A DNA stretch of 64,000 bases, from NCBI GenBank assembly GCA_013265495.1, contig MU062417.1, forward strand, positions 7,683,191-7,747,190, written 5' to 3'. The stretch is from Vicugna vicugna. Lineage: Eukaryota. The translations under genes and the position numbers were made by a program. How positions within the stretch are numbered: the stretch's first letter is position 1; every line of letters begins with the position of its first letter. The notes below the pieces were generated by a model. That model saw only the letters and a program-made list of their open reading frames with translations. It was not told the DNA's origin and did not search any database. Below, piece after piece: positions 13,420 to 26,100 of the stretch.

Positions 13420-13907
13420 TAAAATGTCCTGAGATCTCACAAATTCAATATGAAAGAATCTCTAAAGAGGTCTTTCCATACTTGGCAATCCTAAAATATG
13501 CATGGCATCACTAATACCGAGTTGTGACGCTGAAATCTTTCTAAGCTATTGGTAATCAAAGGAAATTTTGAGCAAGCAAAGCTAAATGAAAGAGTCAATT
13601 ATGTTTTCTATTCTCTTTGCAGAAAATTATTTTTCTAACATTATTATCATATGAAGAGGTGATCAAAGAGTAAGCAGTCAAAATCGTGGGGAAAATATAG
13701 TTGTGTGTCACAAGACGAGTTCATGAAAATATGTTATTTTCTGGATTTTTGTCATGTTTTTGGCACTGGCCAGTTTTTAAAAATTTGTAATTTGTTATGA
13801 TTTCTTTTTCCATATATTTGTGTACCCTAATTTTTTGTTCTTTTTTCTTGAAAGGGGTCTTCAAAGTTGTAAAAGCTTTAGCCTCACAAAACCAGGACCC
13901 AGCCTTG
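13420..13907 (+). mobile_element. hAT-Tip100 element 3' end (Zaphod-like)
   Basis: tcatatgaagaggtgatcaaagag...ttttctggatttttgtcatg...aaatttgtaatttgttatgatttc...cctcacaaaaccaggacccagccttg resembles the Zaphod terminus. Confidence 0.7.
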
Positions 13908-14419
13908 ATCTGATTTCTCTGTAGTCAGCTTGACAGGTTCTGAACATCAGCTGAATGTGGCTGACTGAGATGCCCAGTAGTTGCATGAGGTTAAAAGTTT
14001 TGAGCAGGCTTCAGATTCTGGGGAAGGAGACTCTAGCCTATGTGTTAGTTACAACCTGGTGGCAATATGAGCCATGTTTCTCCTGGTTAATCCTGGATTA
14101 GCTATTTACCAGGTAGAAAAGTGGAACGTTTTGGAAAATTTCTGGAAGTTGTAATCCTGATTGGTTTGGAAATTGAACGATGATCCATGTCATGGGGAAT
14201 CAGTACAAACCATCCAGGATGTCTGTCTTGGCACTCTGAGTCTAAAAAGCACTTTTAGGTGAGCAGAAAAAAAAAAACATCAGGACATGGTAGGGTTAAG
14301 AAAACAATCTTAATATGAAATTCACTAGAATTTCTTTCTAAGGATTAGAATTTGAAATGGTCTGATGTTTAAGTAGGTCTAGACCATGATCTGATAGAAG
14401 CTGGTGAAATTCTTTTCTC

Positions 14420-15365
14420 GTACTATCTTGCTTTGTGTGGAATTAATATACTTCAGTTTTCATTTGATTAGTATCAGCATGGTATATCTTTTGCCATCAC
14501 TTTACTTCAAAAAAATTTTTTTTTCTGTGGGTAATTAGGTTTATTTATTTATTTTAATGGAGGTACTAGGGATTGAACCCAGGACCTCGTGCACAAGCAC
14601 GCATCCTGCCGCTGAGCTATATCTTCCCCTACTCCATCCATTTACTTTTTTTAAAATTTCCCATTTACTTTTAATCTATCTACATCTTTAAAGGGGTTTC
14701 CTATAGACAATATATAGCTGAGTCTTTTTTTTTTAATCTACTCTGACAGTCTCTGTCTTTTAATTGAAGTATTTTGACCATTCATGTTTAAAGTGTCTAC
14801 TGAGATAGTTGGCTTGACATCTACAATATTTGTACTATATTCTGTTTGTTGCCCTTGATCTTCGTTTTATTCCTTCCACACTTTCTCTGCCTTGATTTTG
14901 ATCAAGCATTTTATGATTCCATTTTCTCTCTTTTCTTAGCATATCCTTCTTGTCATTTATAACATTCCTGTCCTTCATTTCACTGATCCGTAGGCTGTAA
15001 TCACTGAATACATGACACAGCTCCTATCCTGGAGGTAAAACTCACTAAAGTGTTGAGGCCTACCTTTGACTGGACTCTCAAATTAGTCTGTACTGAGCCT
15101 CCAGTAATTGGTCAGTTACACTTTTTAAAAGTTTCCTACCAATACTGGCTTCTGCTCCTAGACTTCTGCTCTGCAGAGCTGTGATTCTCTGGATCTGCCT
15201 GCCTATCTCCAGTTCGCGGGGGCAGCATCTTCCCCTGTGACTTCAATTTTCTGATGGATCTAAGAAGAGTTGTTGATTTTCAGTTTGTTTAAAATTTTCC
15301 TTGTTGTGAAAATGTGAGTAATGATTTCCAAGCACTTTACAGGTTGGACCAGAAATTGGAAATCT
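14420..15365 (-). mobile_element. Old L1M fragments (inter-ORF and 5' end), antisense
   Basis: atctactctgacagtctctgtcttttaattg and ctgatggatctaagaagagttgttgattttcagtttg...aatgatttccaagcactttaca are typical L1M motifs. Confidence 0.8.
14516..14629 (-). mobile_element. Vic-1-type camelid tRNA-derived SINE
   Basis: ggaggtactagggattgaacccaggacctcgtgcac...gctgagctata carries the antisense B and A boxes, with a (ttta)n tail. Confidence 0.9.
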
Positions 15366-16407
15366 TGCTTTGTAAAATGGCTCCACCTTGGTGAAAAAAA
15401 TATCTTACTTAAACATAATTAGTAATTTGTTTGGTAAAAGAACATCATCTACAGGGAGCTAGATGAGGGACTCAGGGCTGACTGTTTTGTGTCTCATTTG
15501 ATTTTACGTTAGATATGAACTGTCTGAAATAAAAAGATCTCTGTCTTCCTACTTTTCTCCCTTCTTCTCTCCTTCCTTCCTTCCTTCAAGAATTTTTTCT
15601 TTAACATATTTCCAATCTGTGTTAGGCACTGGAGACAATGATAACAAGATATGAAAAGCTCTTGCCCCTTATGAAACTTTTTTTTTAATGAAATAAAGTA
15701 ATCCTAGTTGGAGACGGGCTTCTGTTTATTTTCTGCAAAGCGCCCCTCTGTTGGTGGTGAGTGGTACACATGATGAATCACTCCTCCCTCTTCTTACTGT
15801 TTCCAGAGTCAACATCTTACGAACCTCAAGAGGTGTGAAGTATTGTTTCAGAAGAATCACCATGCAGATCAATTAAGTACTAGTGTAGAGTGATGCTAGA
15901 GGCACTCAGTTCTAGGACTGTTTCTGGGGGAAACGGTGGGAAAGGTGATTAGAGAAAACCACACTGACTCAGTCTTCACGGCCAGCGCTGTCAAATAGAT
16001 ACCCTCAGCATCCCTCTTAAAGAAGAAAAAAATGAGGCTGAGAGACATCGTGTGACTAGTCCCAGTTACGCAGCAGCACCTAGTAGACTGCAACGTGGGT
16101 AATAAATTTGTGTCCAGAGTCTACCTATTTGTCTCTGAGGTCGTTCTGTCTTTTAATGGAAGCCATTTGGGTTGGAGAGATTTGGAGGGAAGAAAGGCTC
16201 TTCCCAGACAGTAAAGGAGGTTTGAAGTATTACAGAGTTATGGTGAGATTGTACCCAAAGCACTTAGGCCTCCTCTTTCTCTCTCTTGTATCTGAAAACA
16301 GATGTAAGAGAGACCCCTTTTCCTCCTTGATGAGCCCGTTTTCTGAGTATCTTTGGTGTATTTGCTTGGCTTTACTATGCATTAGGGACTGGGGGTCAGT
16401 TGCTACC

Positions 16408-16818
16408 TATTATGACTGAATTGTTTCCCCATTAAATTAATATATTGAAGTTGTAACTCCCAACGTGACTATGTTTGGAGATCAAGCCCATGAGGAGGTA
16501 GTAAACGTTAAATGAGGTTGTAAGGCTGGGACCTTAATCAGTAGGGCTCGTGTCCTTATTAGAAGAGGAAGAGACATGAAAGAGGTCTCCCTCCGTCTCT
16601 GTCTCTGTCTCTGCACGCACAGACGAAAGGCTGTGCGGGACACAGCAAGAAGGTGGCCGTCTACATGGCAGGATGAGAGGCCTCACCAAAAACGATCTCT
16701 GACAGCGGCACCTCAGTCTCGGACGTCCCGCCTTCAGCGCTGTGCGAAAACGCGTTTCTACTGTTTAAGCCACCGAGTCTTTGATCCTCTGTTAACGCAA
16801 CCCAGGCAAACGAATGCG
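16408..16818 (+). mobile_element. MLT1A-type MaLR solo LTR
   Basis: gactgaattgtttcccc...ttaaatgagg...gtgtccttattagaagaggaagagac...gcaagaaggtggccgtctac...tgtttaagccac. Confidence 0.9.
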
Positions 16819-17299
16819 TTATCCATTTCAGACAATGCACTGGAAAAATGCAGAGCTGAGGAGTTTACTAGCTCAGAGGTGACTGACATATCCTAGAATT
16901 GAAATGATTACTTTCTAAGAATTTTCACTGTGTTAGATGCCTGCCTTCTTTGAAAGGAGTCCTTTGAAATAATTATTATCCAAATATGGGTTAGGGGGAA
17001 AAAAAACAAAGAAAACACTTATATAACCAAATGAAGAGGAAAATATAGTCTCCACAAACTTTTTCATCACAATCACTTCTCAGATGAGGGCTGGAACCTC
17101 TGCACTGATGCTGATCAAACAGGCCACAAGGAGGCAGAGAAGGAGGGATGAAAGGTAGAACTGAAGGCTCGTAAGGTAGATGAAACGAGTACAGTCAGCT
17201 CTTGTCACACAGAACATTGGCAGAAAGCACGTGAAGCGGGCGATAACGAAGCTGAGTGTTTTGGACAGAACCCAGGAGAGGGGGTCAGGTGCCCTGACG

Positions 17300-17480
17300 G
17301 GGAAGGGAGGCTCCGACGTTCACTAGCGCAGTGGTTTGGGGAAGTTTGTCTAACTCCTCTAGCTTTATTTTCTTTGGATAAATATGGGCACAACAACCCT
17401 GCCCTATCTACATCGCAGTGCGTTTGAGGGGATTAAGTGAGACTGAGTGTGCCAAAGGGTCCTGGCCTCTCGCATCACTG
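17300..17480 (+). mobile_element. MIR SINE (degraded)
   Basis: ggataaatatggg...ctatctacatcgcagtgcgtttgaggggattaagtgag resembles the MIR core. Confidence 0.6.
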
Positions 17481-18369
17481 GAGAATGCATATTGCCAGGA
17501 CGACAAAAGACACAACATAGGTAGAAGCTTCTAATACAGCACTCAGCCCAAAGTAGGCAGCAGTTATGGAAAAACTGATGACTATTGAATGGTCTCAATT
17601 GTAATGCTGATATTCTGGGTTCTAACATTCTAGGGACTTCAAAGAGATGATCCCTCGATTTTTGCAAACATACCTGGTGAATGCGGAGCACTCGGAATGT
17701 AATCAAAACGCAGTTCTATTTTTTAAATCAACACTGATGCGTTAACATTTTCCCCCCATGGGTGAGTTATTTTTCTTTGTCCCTAGAGGGACAGTTTGGC
17801 ACATCCCATAATTTTTCTGCTCATTCTTAGGTAACCAACAGTCATATGGTCATGAGTCAAAAAGCACAAACTGCTTTTCCTTGGTAACTGGAATGCATCT
17901 GACCCAAGACGTGAACCAGTCTTCTTCAGTCTTCCATTCAAGGCCCTACTTTCCTTTCCCTGGGTGTGTAGTTGGTTGCAGCCCATCTTCAGGTTGGTTT
18001 CCTTTATCTCTCACTCACCTCCTTCACAATCTAGCAACATATTCTATTTTGGGCCCCTGGTTGGGGACCTAGGGGACTAAGAGATGAAGGGATAAGGCAA
18101 GCCTTACATGGCTGGGCTCGATCAAGCTCTCAGGGCGCAGCCAGTGTTTAGAGCTGCCTCTCTCGGTTCTGCAGAGCTTACAGTTCTGGCAGCTCCGCAA
18201 ACAGAGGTGGTATGTTCTGTTTCTCGGGCTGCCACACACCCCTCAGTACCTGATTCTCTTGTGTTTTAACCAGATTGCTGCTCTCCTGTGTTCCCACTGA
18301 AACCTTTTGGGCAGGATTTTAAAGAGCTGTGACCCCTCTCTCTTGTGAATAGTCCAGATTTGGTTCAAG

Positions 18370-19800
18370 GACACATTCTTATTACCTTTTTTACACTTTT
18401 TAAAATGTGATGATTAGAACATTTAAAATTATATATGTGGCTTGCACTTTACTTCTTTTGGACAGAGGTAATTGAGACCATTACATAAGAAAAGAAAATG
18501 AATTCCAATCTTTTTAAAGCCATTGTATCTTTCTTTATTTTGCAACTAACCCTGTTTCAAAACAAATACAGTGTTTTTGCAATTTTTTTCTTTGTGTTTG
18601 ATGTTCTTCAAAGTTTCACTGTAATTTGGCTGGGCATAGGTGTATTTTTATTTATTCTGCAGAGGATTTGGTGTGCTTCTTCTAATGTATCTTTTTTAAA
18701 TCCTGGAAAATTCTTTTAAATTAGCTCTTTGAATACAAGTTCTCCCTTTATCTCTATTTTTTATCCTACTAGGAATGCTTATTTGATGTGTGTTACACCT
18801 TTCTAGCCAACAAGTCTTAATTATCATTATTATTTTCCACCTCTTTTTCTCTGTGCTGAATTATAGATGATTTTCTGAGATTTTTCTTCCAGTTCATTAA
18901 TTTTACATTTGTCTGTGCTGTTAAATCCTTCTATGTTATTGTAAGTTCACTGACTGTACTGTTTGTTTATGGAATTTCCTTTGGTTCTTAGAAGTCTGCC
19001 ACTTTTTTCATACTGTCCTGTACTTGCCTTAGGTTTCTATTCTCTCTAAACATTTTAAACATAATACTTTCAAAGCTTCTTTCATAATGGTTCACTGTTT
19101 TTAACTTTTAGGCTGCATGTTCTTCCATCTGCTTGCATTCCTGATTGTTTCTGATTATACTTCATTTCCTGATGTTACTTATAATATTTGGTCATGAACC
19201 CAGATTCAGTGATGGCCGTTCTCCATGGAAGTGATGGCTCTAAATCTTATCTCTAGATGCACCTTGACAGTGTGGTTTTGTACTCGTCTCTGATAAGATC
19301 TGGATCAGGTTTTAATCTGAATTCCTTCTCTTGGAATCTGTGTATCCTTTGAGTGTGTGAATTCAAATCCCACTCCTGCAAATGGACTGGCCTGGATTCA
19401 GACTCTTTTCCTGAACACGGACCTGAATGGGTGGAAGTCTTCCTTGTCACGTCCCTCAGTGTCGAGTGGGGTTCTTGTGGTCCCTGTTTTACAGATAGGA
19501 TACGTCTTTGTGACTCTTAAGCTTCATGTATGTAGTGCAGCTCTGAGTCCCTCTGCTCTTAAAGGTTATAGCCTGGACTTCCCTCTCTGTAAAAGTCTGA
19601 CAGCATCCCATGCCCTTGTTCTGAAGGCCTGTTCTAGTTTTCAAAATACTGCGAGACATTTTGTTTTCAGTTCATACTCACTGTTGTGACTTCCAGCTCT
19701 TTTTGTTTCCAGCACCTGAGGATTTTCCTTTCTTGGTGACAAGTTTGGTTATATTTTCTAAAACTGTAATTGTTATGTTTTATTCAACTTTCTCAAGTGG
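18370..19800 (-). mobile_element. Old L1M (L1MD/ME-like) antisense fragment
   Basis: aaagtttcactgtaatttggctgggcataggtg...tcctggaaaattc...ttttcttccagttcattaatt is an antisense L1 ORF1-region pattern. Confidence 0.65.
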
Positions 19801-20147
19801 TTTGAACTGATGGTATATGTAAATCTCTACATCAGCTCAGTAAACCATTCCAGAAGGATCCTTGTTGGTGACATTTTCTATCTTTCCAGTAACCACAGTG
19901 AAGTCTTCATGATTTTGCTATGGGTTAATCATAAAAGTTGAAAACAAATGAACAGAATTTACATTATTATAACTATGCAAATTGTTATTTACTTCAAAGC
20001 TGTCCAGTGAGCTCAGATCAGATTTATTTCTTTTTTAAATGTAATATCATTCCCCTTGTGCCATCAAAGGTTAATTATTTTATTTTATATCAAGTTTAAA
20101 TACAGGCAGATTATAGCCATAGGTCGTGATCTTGGCTTAAGAGACTT

Positions 20148-20604
20148 TGCTGAGAGACAGTTGGGGTTTCTCAAGGTTCTGCATGTCTTAGAAAGAGAGA
20201 CACTGGTGGCCCCCCCCTTTTTTTTCTGGATTACTTTTTCAAGAATATAAAGTGATTCTTCTTGGAAGGTAGAGATAGTGTTTCCTTCTGGAGCAAATGC
20301 GGGCGTGTTTGCTGCCCATTACAAAAGAGTGGGGTCCCTTAATCTCAGGGTTCCTTTCTTGTAAAACAACCAACGCCTTGTGCAGGCATCTGTCTGCGCC
20401 CATTGGTGGCACCCACTGTGGGACAGGGACAAAAGGGTCTTGCATAAATATACTGATACTCACTCATGCTCCTTGATCTGCGTTGAAGTTCTTTATCTCT
20501 GACCCAAGAGTCTCATGTTTTTCTTCCAACATCCATGAACCTTGACAGGTTAAGGTGTTAGTTTATAAGTAGGGTAAATTTTCAAACCTTTCCAGTTTGT
20601 GACA
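20148..20604 (+). mobile_element. LTR40a-like ERVL solo LTR
   Basis: ggaaggtagagatagtgtttccttctggagcaaa...ctctgacccaagagtctcatg...catccatgaa...aagtagggtaaa...gtgaca; TG...CA termini. Confidence 0.8.
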
Positions 20605-23529
20605 GAGATCTATAAGAAATTTTTTTGAGGGGTGGGAGAGTAACTTAAAAAGAGGAACATCTTTTTTTGACACATCTTTTCTCTTTCCTACCTGCCTCCT
20701 GCCAATTGTAAGCCTGGATGTGAAGTCTGGCGCAATGATATCTACCTTGAGATCATTAAGTAGAGATGGATTCTGAGGTCCCTAAGTCATTTACCAAATG
20801 TCAGCAGCTTCTCAATACTTTGTGACAACGTTAAGAAAAAAAGACAATGCATGTAGACAACCCCTCAAGCCAACAAAAACCGAAACAAAACTAGCTACTG
20901 TTAGAGCTTGTATTTCTTTCACCAGCACCTTCAATACTGTTGTCATCGATCATTGATTTTTAATCTGTATAAAATATTGAGCTAGGTGTGAGTAGGATAA
21001 GAAATGTTCATTGTTATCCTGCCCTTGAGGAGGATACAGCTTTTTGGAGAAAATGGCAATTAGCAAAATTAGGCAGTGCTATAAATTTCCAAGAGAGTGT
21101 AACAGGTAATAAAAGGGATTGGAACTGAGAGAGAGGGGCACGACTGAACTTTACATGCGTGGAGGACTGTCAAAACCATGAAATGTGGGGAAGCCATTTC
21201 CTCATGCATAAGATGAGAAAGTTGACTAGAATCAAATGTTTTTGAACTGCAGTTTTAATAGCAGAACTATTTTTATTAAAGAACTTTTATAAAGACTTTC
21301 AGTCTGTAAACCAGGCAAAAGCATAGATTCCTTGAAGCATAAACCCAGAGTCAGATCCCTGGGTGCTGTGTCCCCACACCCTCCCAAAGTCCAAAATGCA
21401 CCACTCGGAAACCCTAAAGTCATAGAATACAGTCTGAAAGTTATCAGGCATGGTGACTGCAGAGAGTTACAGAGCTAAAAGGGATGCATTCCTTAAAGAT
21501 CAAGCGTGTCTGTCTGAGCTTCAGTGGGTAGCCATGTGGACCTTGTGGACACAGTGCGAGAGCCCACCCAGCCCCTACCCCTGGGTAACCTGGCTGAGTG
21601 CCTGGTCACAGACGCACGTCATCTGAGAAGGTGAGTGAATCAGTTTGAAATCCATCATCACTAACTAGAGAAACAGCTCACAGCTCACTCCTCCCTGACT
21701 GTGGGTGGGTGACTTACTTCCATTCAGTAAGGGAGGCAAGCGCTCACTTGGAAATCAGCATTTTGAACACCGTGAAAGGATAAAAGCTTTTTAGATTAGC
21801 TTCTGCCCTACTGTACCCAGAGTGGGAGGCCATTGTGGTCATTAGTTTTGCCGGCTTTAAATCTGCTTGGTCTGACTAGTTCATTTGATTTCAGGTTTAT
21901 CCTAAAGCCACAGAAATCGAGTTGCTGGGTATTTACTTGGGATTAATGACCAGTTAGGAGACGCTGTGCTTTATACCATTAACCCGAGCCAGGTGCTAAT
22001 TCCTGGAACATGTCCTGCAAACAGAAGTCATTATTGCTCTTTGAAAGTGCGAATGCAGCCTTAGAGACCACAGGCTTTATTCAAAGACGAAGCCATTTTG
22101 ATTACTCAACATGGCATATTTCTGGAGATTGATGCCCCACGTGTAAGCCAGTCTGATTGCCTGGAAACATCTCCCGTGCTCTTGCTGTTCGGCCGATAAT
22201 CCACTTCTAGACACGGGGCAGCCGGCTGGAAACTGTAGCACGTTCTATTTTCGGCACCTAAAATCAATGCCCCACTCCAGCAGCCCAGGCTGCTGCCTCG
22301 TTATACCCCCTGCCCCGCTCCCTGAGCCACAGCTTCCCTTTGCGGGAGATTAAGGCAAGTCTGGGAGTGTGATAAATGCCTTCAGTCATATCTGCTGTCA
22401 TTTGAATAATACTCAGTGTCAGGAAGAAATACGTCCCCAGCCAGTTTTAACCAGCTAACCTCTTGTGACACTCACTTCCCCCTCAGTGTCTGAAGAAGCA
22501 GCAACTTGGAAAACTGCAACCCTGTCCCTTCCCTGCCCCACCCAACAAAGCACATTCTGTTTGTATCTCCAGGCTGGGTTGGATAGTGTCTCTGGAAAAG
22601 ATTCTCTGTTCATTTATCCAGCAAAAGCCAGAAGGTTTCTGCTAGGTTGGGGAGGAGCATTTCCTCTATTACCCAGAAGAGAAAGTGAAGTGGGTTCATT
22701 TTGCCAGAAACTTCCAAGTTTTGGGACCACCATGTCCCATTTTTTGGACTAAACCTGTATGTGTTTTAATTGGCCTCAGTGAATACGCTTAGTCATGCTT
22801 TGGTTTTTCCACTGATAAAATAGGAGAAAAAAAGGTGTAATGAAAGGACTGTTGGATGAAGGTGTAGGAGGCATGAGTTTGGGTCCTTCCTCTCAGGTCA
22901 CACCAGGCTGTGACTACCTATACTGCCATTTGTGCGGCCAGAGCCAGCCACAGGCAGCACTGAGGCAGGATAAGCTGTGGCCCCAGGGTCCCCTTTTGAG
23001 GCTGTTTGCCACACAAATGAGTCTCAGCAAGCCAGGATCCTCAGTTCTGTCCCCTGTCCCTGTTGGGACCAGATCTCAGGAAGGGACCTGATGTATTTGC
23101 TCTCAGCGTTATGTGGATGGCAGGAAGCTTCACTGGGCAGGAGGAGCCTGGCACACTTTGAGTGTGGACTGGGTGGATGTCTGGTCGTTTAAAATCTGTG
23201 GCTGGCTCTCAGACATTGGTATCAGGCATTCTTGGATTCCAGGGATGAGTGCCCACGGGTTCTTTCTGCCATGTGTGCTGCTGAATTGGCTCACTGGGAA
23301 AAGAAAGCCCTGATCTGTAGCTTTTGCTGAGTTCAGTAGTATAACTATTCCCGTGATGGCTGAGTTCAAGCCACCCATGTAAAGGCGCTGAACTAGGAGT
23401 TGGAAAGAGATGCATATGATTGGCTCCTGTGAATCACTGTGAATCTTTTCTCGGCCCTTTGTAAGGGATTTGTCCAGGGTGGATTGTGCATTTTTCTTTA
23501 TAGCTCTCTGACTCTGCTAGAAGTAAGAT

Positions 23530-23750
23530 AGAGTGGTATTAAGGTTTAGACCGAGAATCTTAGCTTTGAATCTCAGATCTCTCCATTACTTCAAACTTGA
23601 TGGTTCTGGACAATTTAACATCACTGAGCCTTTATTTCCCCGACTACAGAAATAAAGATAATATAGAACGTTCAGAGGTATTCTGAGAATGAAATCATAT
23701 AAAGTATATGAAAGAAGCCAGCACGTGTTAGTGGCTCAAAAATGTTTGCA
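23530..23750 (+). mobile_element. MIR SINE
   Basis: ttgaatctcagatctctccattact...cactgagcctttatttcc...ccagcacgtgttagtggctcaaaaatg. Confidence 0.75.
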
Positions 23751-24171
23751 GAATCGGCTTTTTTTTTTTTTAAAGTAATGTAATGCCTATCGTATTTATT
23801 TACTTCCATTTAATCCTAATTTTAGAGAAAGAAGTAGGAGACAGCAGTCACTGAGGACATATCTGAAAGTGGCCATGCTTCTGCCTAGGGAGGCTGGATC
23901 CTTTCCTTCTCTGATTTTCCTTTTCTTGCACCTGTTCTGGTCCTGGGTGAATCCTTTGATGTGGAGCTTAGTCATGAACAAACATCCTCCCTTTTCTGGG
24001 TGGTGATATGTATGATGCGTATGATTATTTCTCTCTCTTCTTGCCTAAAAGACAGCTCTGTATCGTGGTTTTAGCAGTTGCTCTATTTGGTGTTCAGAAC
24101 TTTTCAGTACTTCTGTGAGAAGATTTTGCTTTTTAAGCAGGATAAGGATTTTGAGTGACGTGAACAGATAT

Positions 24172-24395
24172 CATAGCTAACATAAACTCATGCTTACTGC
24201 ATGTTTGGGACTGTACTGAGCCTTTTTATGAGAACTGTCTGATTTAGTCCTCACAACAACCCTATGAGATGGGCGCTGCTACCCCACTTTACAAATGAAA
24301 AATCTGAGACTTGTAAATCTCAAATCATTTGCTCAAGGTCACAGAGCTGTGGAGTGATTGAGCCTTAGTTATGAAATTTCAAGCATCAGCACATT
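24172..24395 (-). mobile_element. MIR SINE
   Basis: tttagtcctcacaacaaccctatgagatggg...ttttacaaatgaaaaatctgagac...tcaaggtcacagagc. Confidence 0.9.
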
Positions 24396-24489
24396 TGTAC
24401 ATGAGGTAAAATGGATAAAAAGAAATCTCTTTAGGGCTCTAACAGTCATGCCTCCTGGGAAGTCTTTGCATGGTTAATTCTATTAATAC

Positions 24490-24604
24490 TTGACAATAAG
24501 AAACTCTTTGGGGCCAGGTTCTGTTCATCCCAATATCTTCTCATCAGTGCCTGGCATGTGCTTTCCACAAAGTAAGTGCTCAGCGAGGGATTGTTGAGAT
24601 GAAT
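24490..24604 (+). mobile_element. L2 3' terminus (sense)
   Basis: cagtgcctggca...agtaagtgctcag...tgttgagatgaat is the L2 end. Confidence 0.7.
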
Positions 24605-24605
24605 C

Positions 24606-26100
24606 TTTAATTTATTCAGCATATTTTCTTTAAACACTTATTAAGTGATAGGTACATTTCTAGGCACTGAAGGTAGGATAGTAGAAAAACAAAACAAAAC
24701 AAAAAATTCTTTGTTCTCTTAGAGCTTATATTCTATTTAAAAAGAGACAAATAATATAATTAAAAAGTAAATTATTTCACGTATCAGAAGATGATAATTG
24801 ATGTAAGAAAATAAGGTAGAATAAAGGGGAAGGAAATTGGAGAGGGGAGTTTCAGTAAAAGTCTGGTATTTGGGTGAAGACTTGAAAGAATAAAGGAGTG
24901 AGCTGTGTGGACACGCAAGGGAGGGTGTTCTAGGCAGTGAGAAGGCCTTGAGTGGGAAGAGCAAGGAGGCCTCTGTGCCTGGAGCAGGACAGACAGGTGG
25001 GAGGGTAGGAGGAGGTGAGTCAGAGAGGTGGGAGTTGTGCATCTTGTAAGGTCTGTGAAGACTGGCTTTTACTATGATGCAGTGAAAAGCCACTGGAGGG
25101 TTTGGAGCTGATCATCAACGATCTGACTTACATCTTAAAAGAGTCACTCTGGCTGCTGTGTTGAGTGCAGATGCTAAAGAGGAAAAAGTTGGAAGCAGGA
25201 AGACCAATCAGGAGGCCGTGGTAATGATCTAGGGAGTAATGATGGCGGCTGGGACCAGGGAGGTAGAAATAGTCAATGGAATGTGAGCGAGAGGAGTCAA
25301 AGGTGATTCCAAGCAGTGGAAAGTTGGGATTGCCATAACCTGAGCTGGGAAGACTGCAGATGGAGCAGGTGTTGGGGGGAAGATCAGGATTTCAAATCTT
25401 GACACGTTAAGTTTGAGCTGTCTAGTAGGCATCTGTCTAGTCGGTGAAGGATACAAAGTTTAGAGATGACTAGGTTGGAGACTTTTAGAAATAATTGGGA
25501 GTGACCGGCATCTGGATGAAACTTAAAGCCAAGAGTTAGGAAGAAAACAAGAGTTTACAAAGAATAGTAGGAAAGTGTGGTCAGAGTCTGGGGAAGAATC
25601 AGAACTATATGATGCCCCGGAAGAAAATTAAAAGTAAAAAGTGTATCTAAGAGGAAGTAGTGAACAACTGTGTTAAATGCTGCTGGTGAGTCAATTAAGA
25701 TGAGAACTAATCATTGACCCAGGATCTGACAATATGGAGGTCACTGGTGACCTTGACAGTGGAGTTTTGGTGTCCAAAGCCTAAGTGGAATGAGTTGAAG
25801 AAAGAGTGGAGTGAGACAAATTAAACATAGAAATAACTCTTCCAAGGACTTTTAATGTAAAGGGGAGCTGAGAAATGGGACAGCAGCTGGAAGGGGAGAA
25901 GGGACTAAGAAAAGATTTATTATTGTCGTTATCTCTTATTGGAGAAGCAATAAGGTGCTTTATGCTAATTGGAAAAATACAATAGAGGTGAAAATGGATG
26001 ATGTAAGAGACAGGTTACATGTCCTTGTGGGAGGGGCAGATGGGATCTTGTGCAGATGTGGAAGGAGAAGCAGGAACTGCCTGATCATAGTAACAGGAGG
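24606..26100 (-). mobile_element. L2a LINE, about 1.4 kb
   Basis: Minus ORF 25229-25456 RQLKLNVSRFEILIFPPTPAPSAVFP...ISTSLVPAAII matches L2 ORF2; extensive antisense L2 motifs. Confidence 0.9.

Noticed and set aside
15740-15754. CTCF-like motif (reverse complement CCAACAGAGGGGCGC)
   Set aside because: An extra G relative to the CCASYAGRKGGCRS core forces a mismatch at a critical position in either alignment.
16576-16896. 106-aa ORF rich in Arg
   Set aside because: Lies within the MLT1A LTR; its openness follows from the high local GC content.
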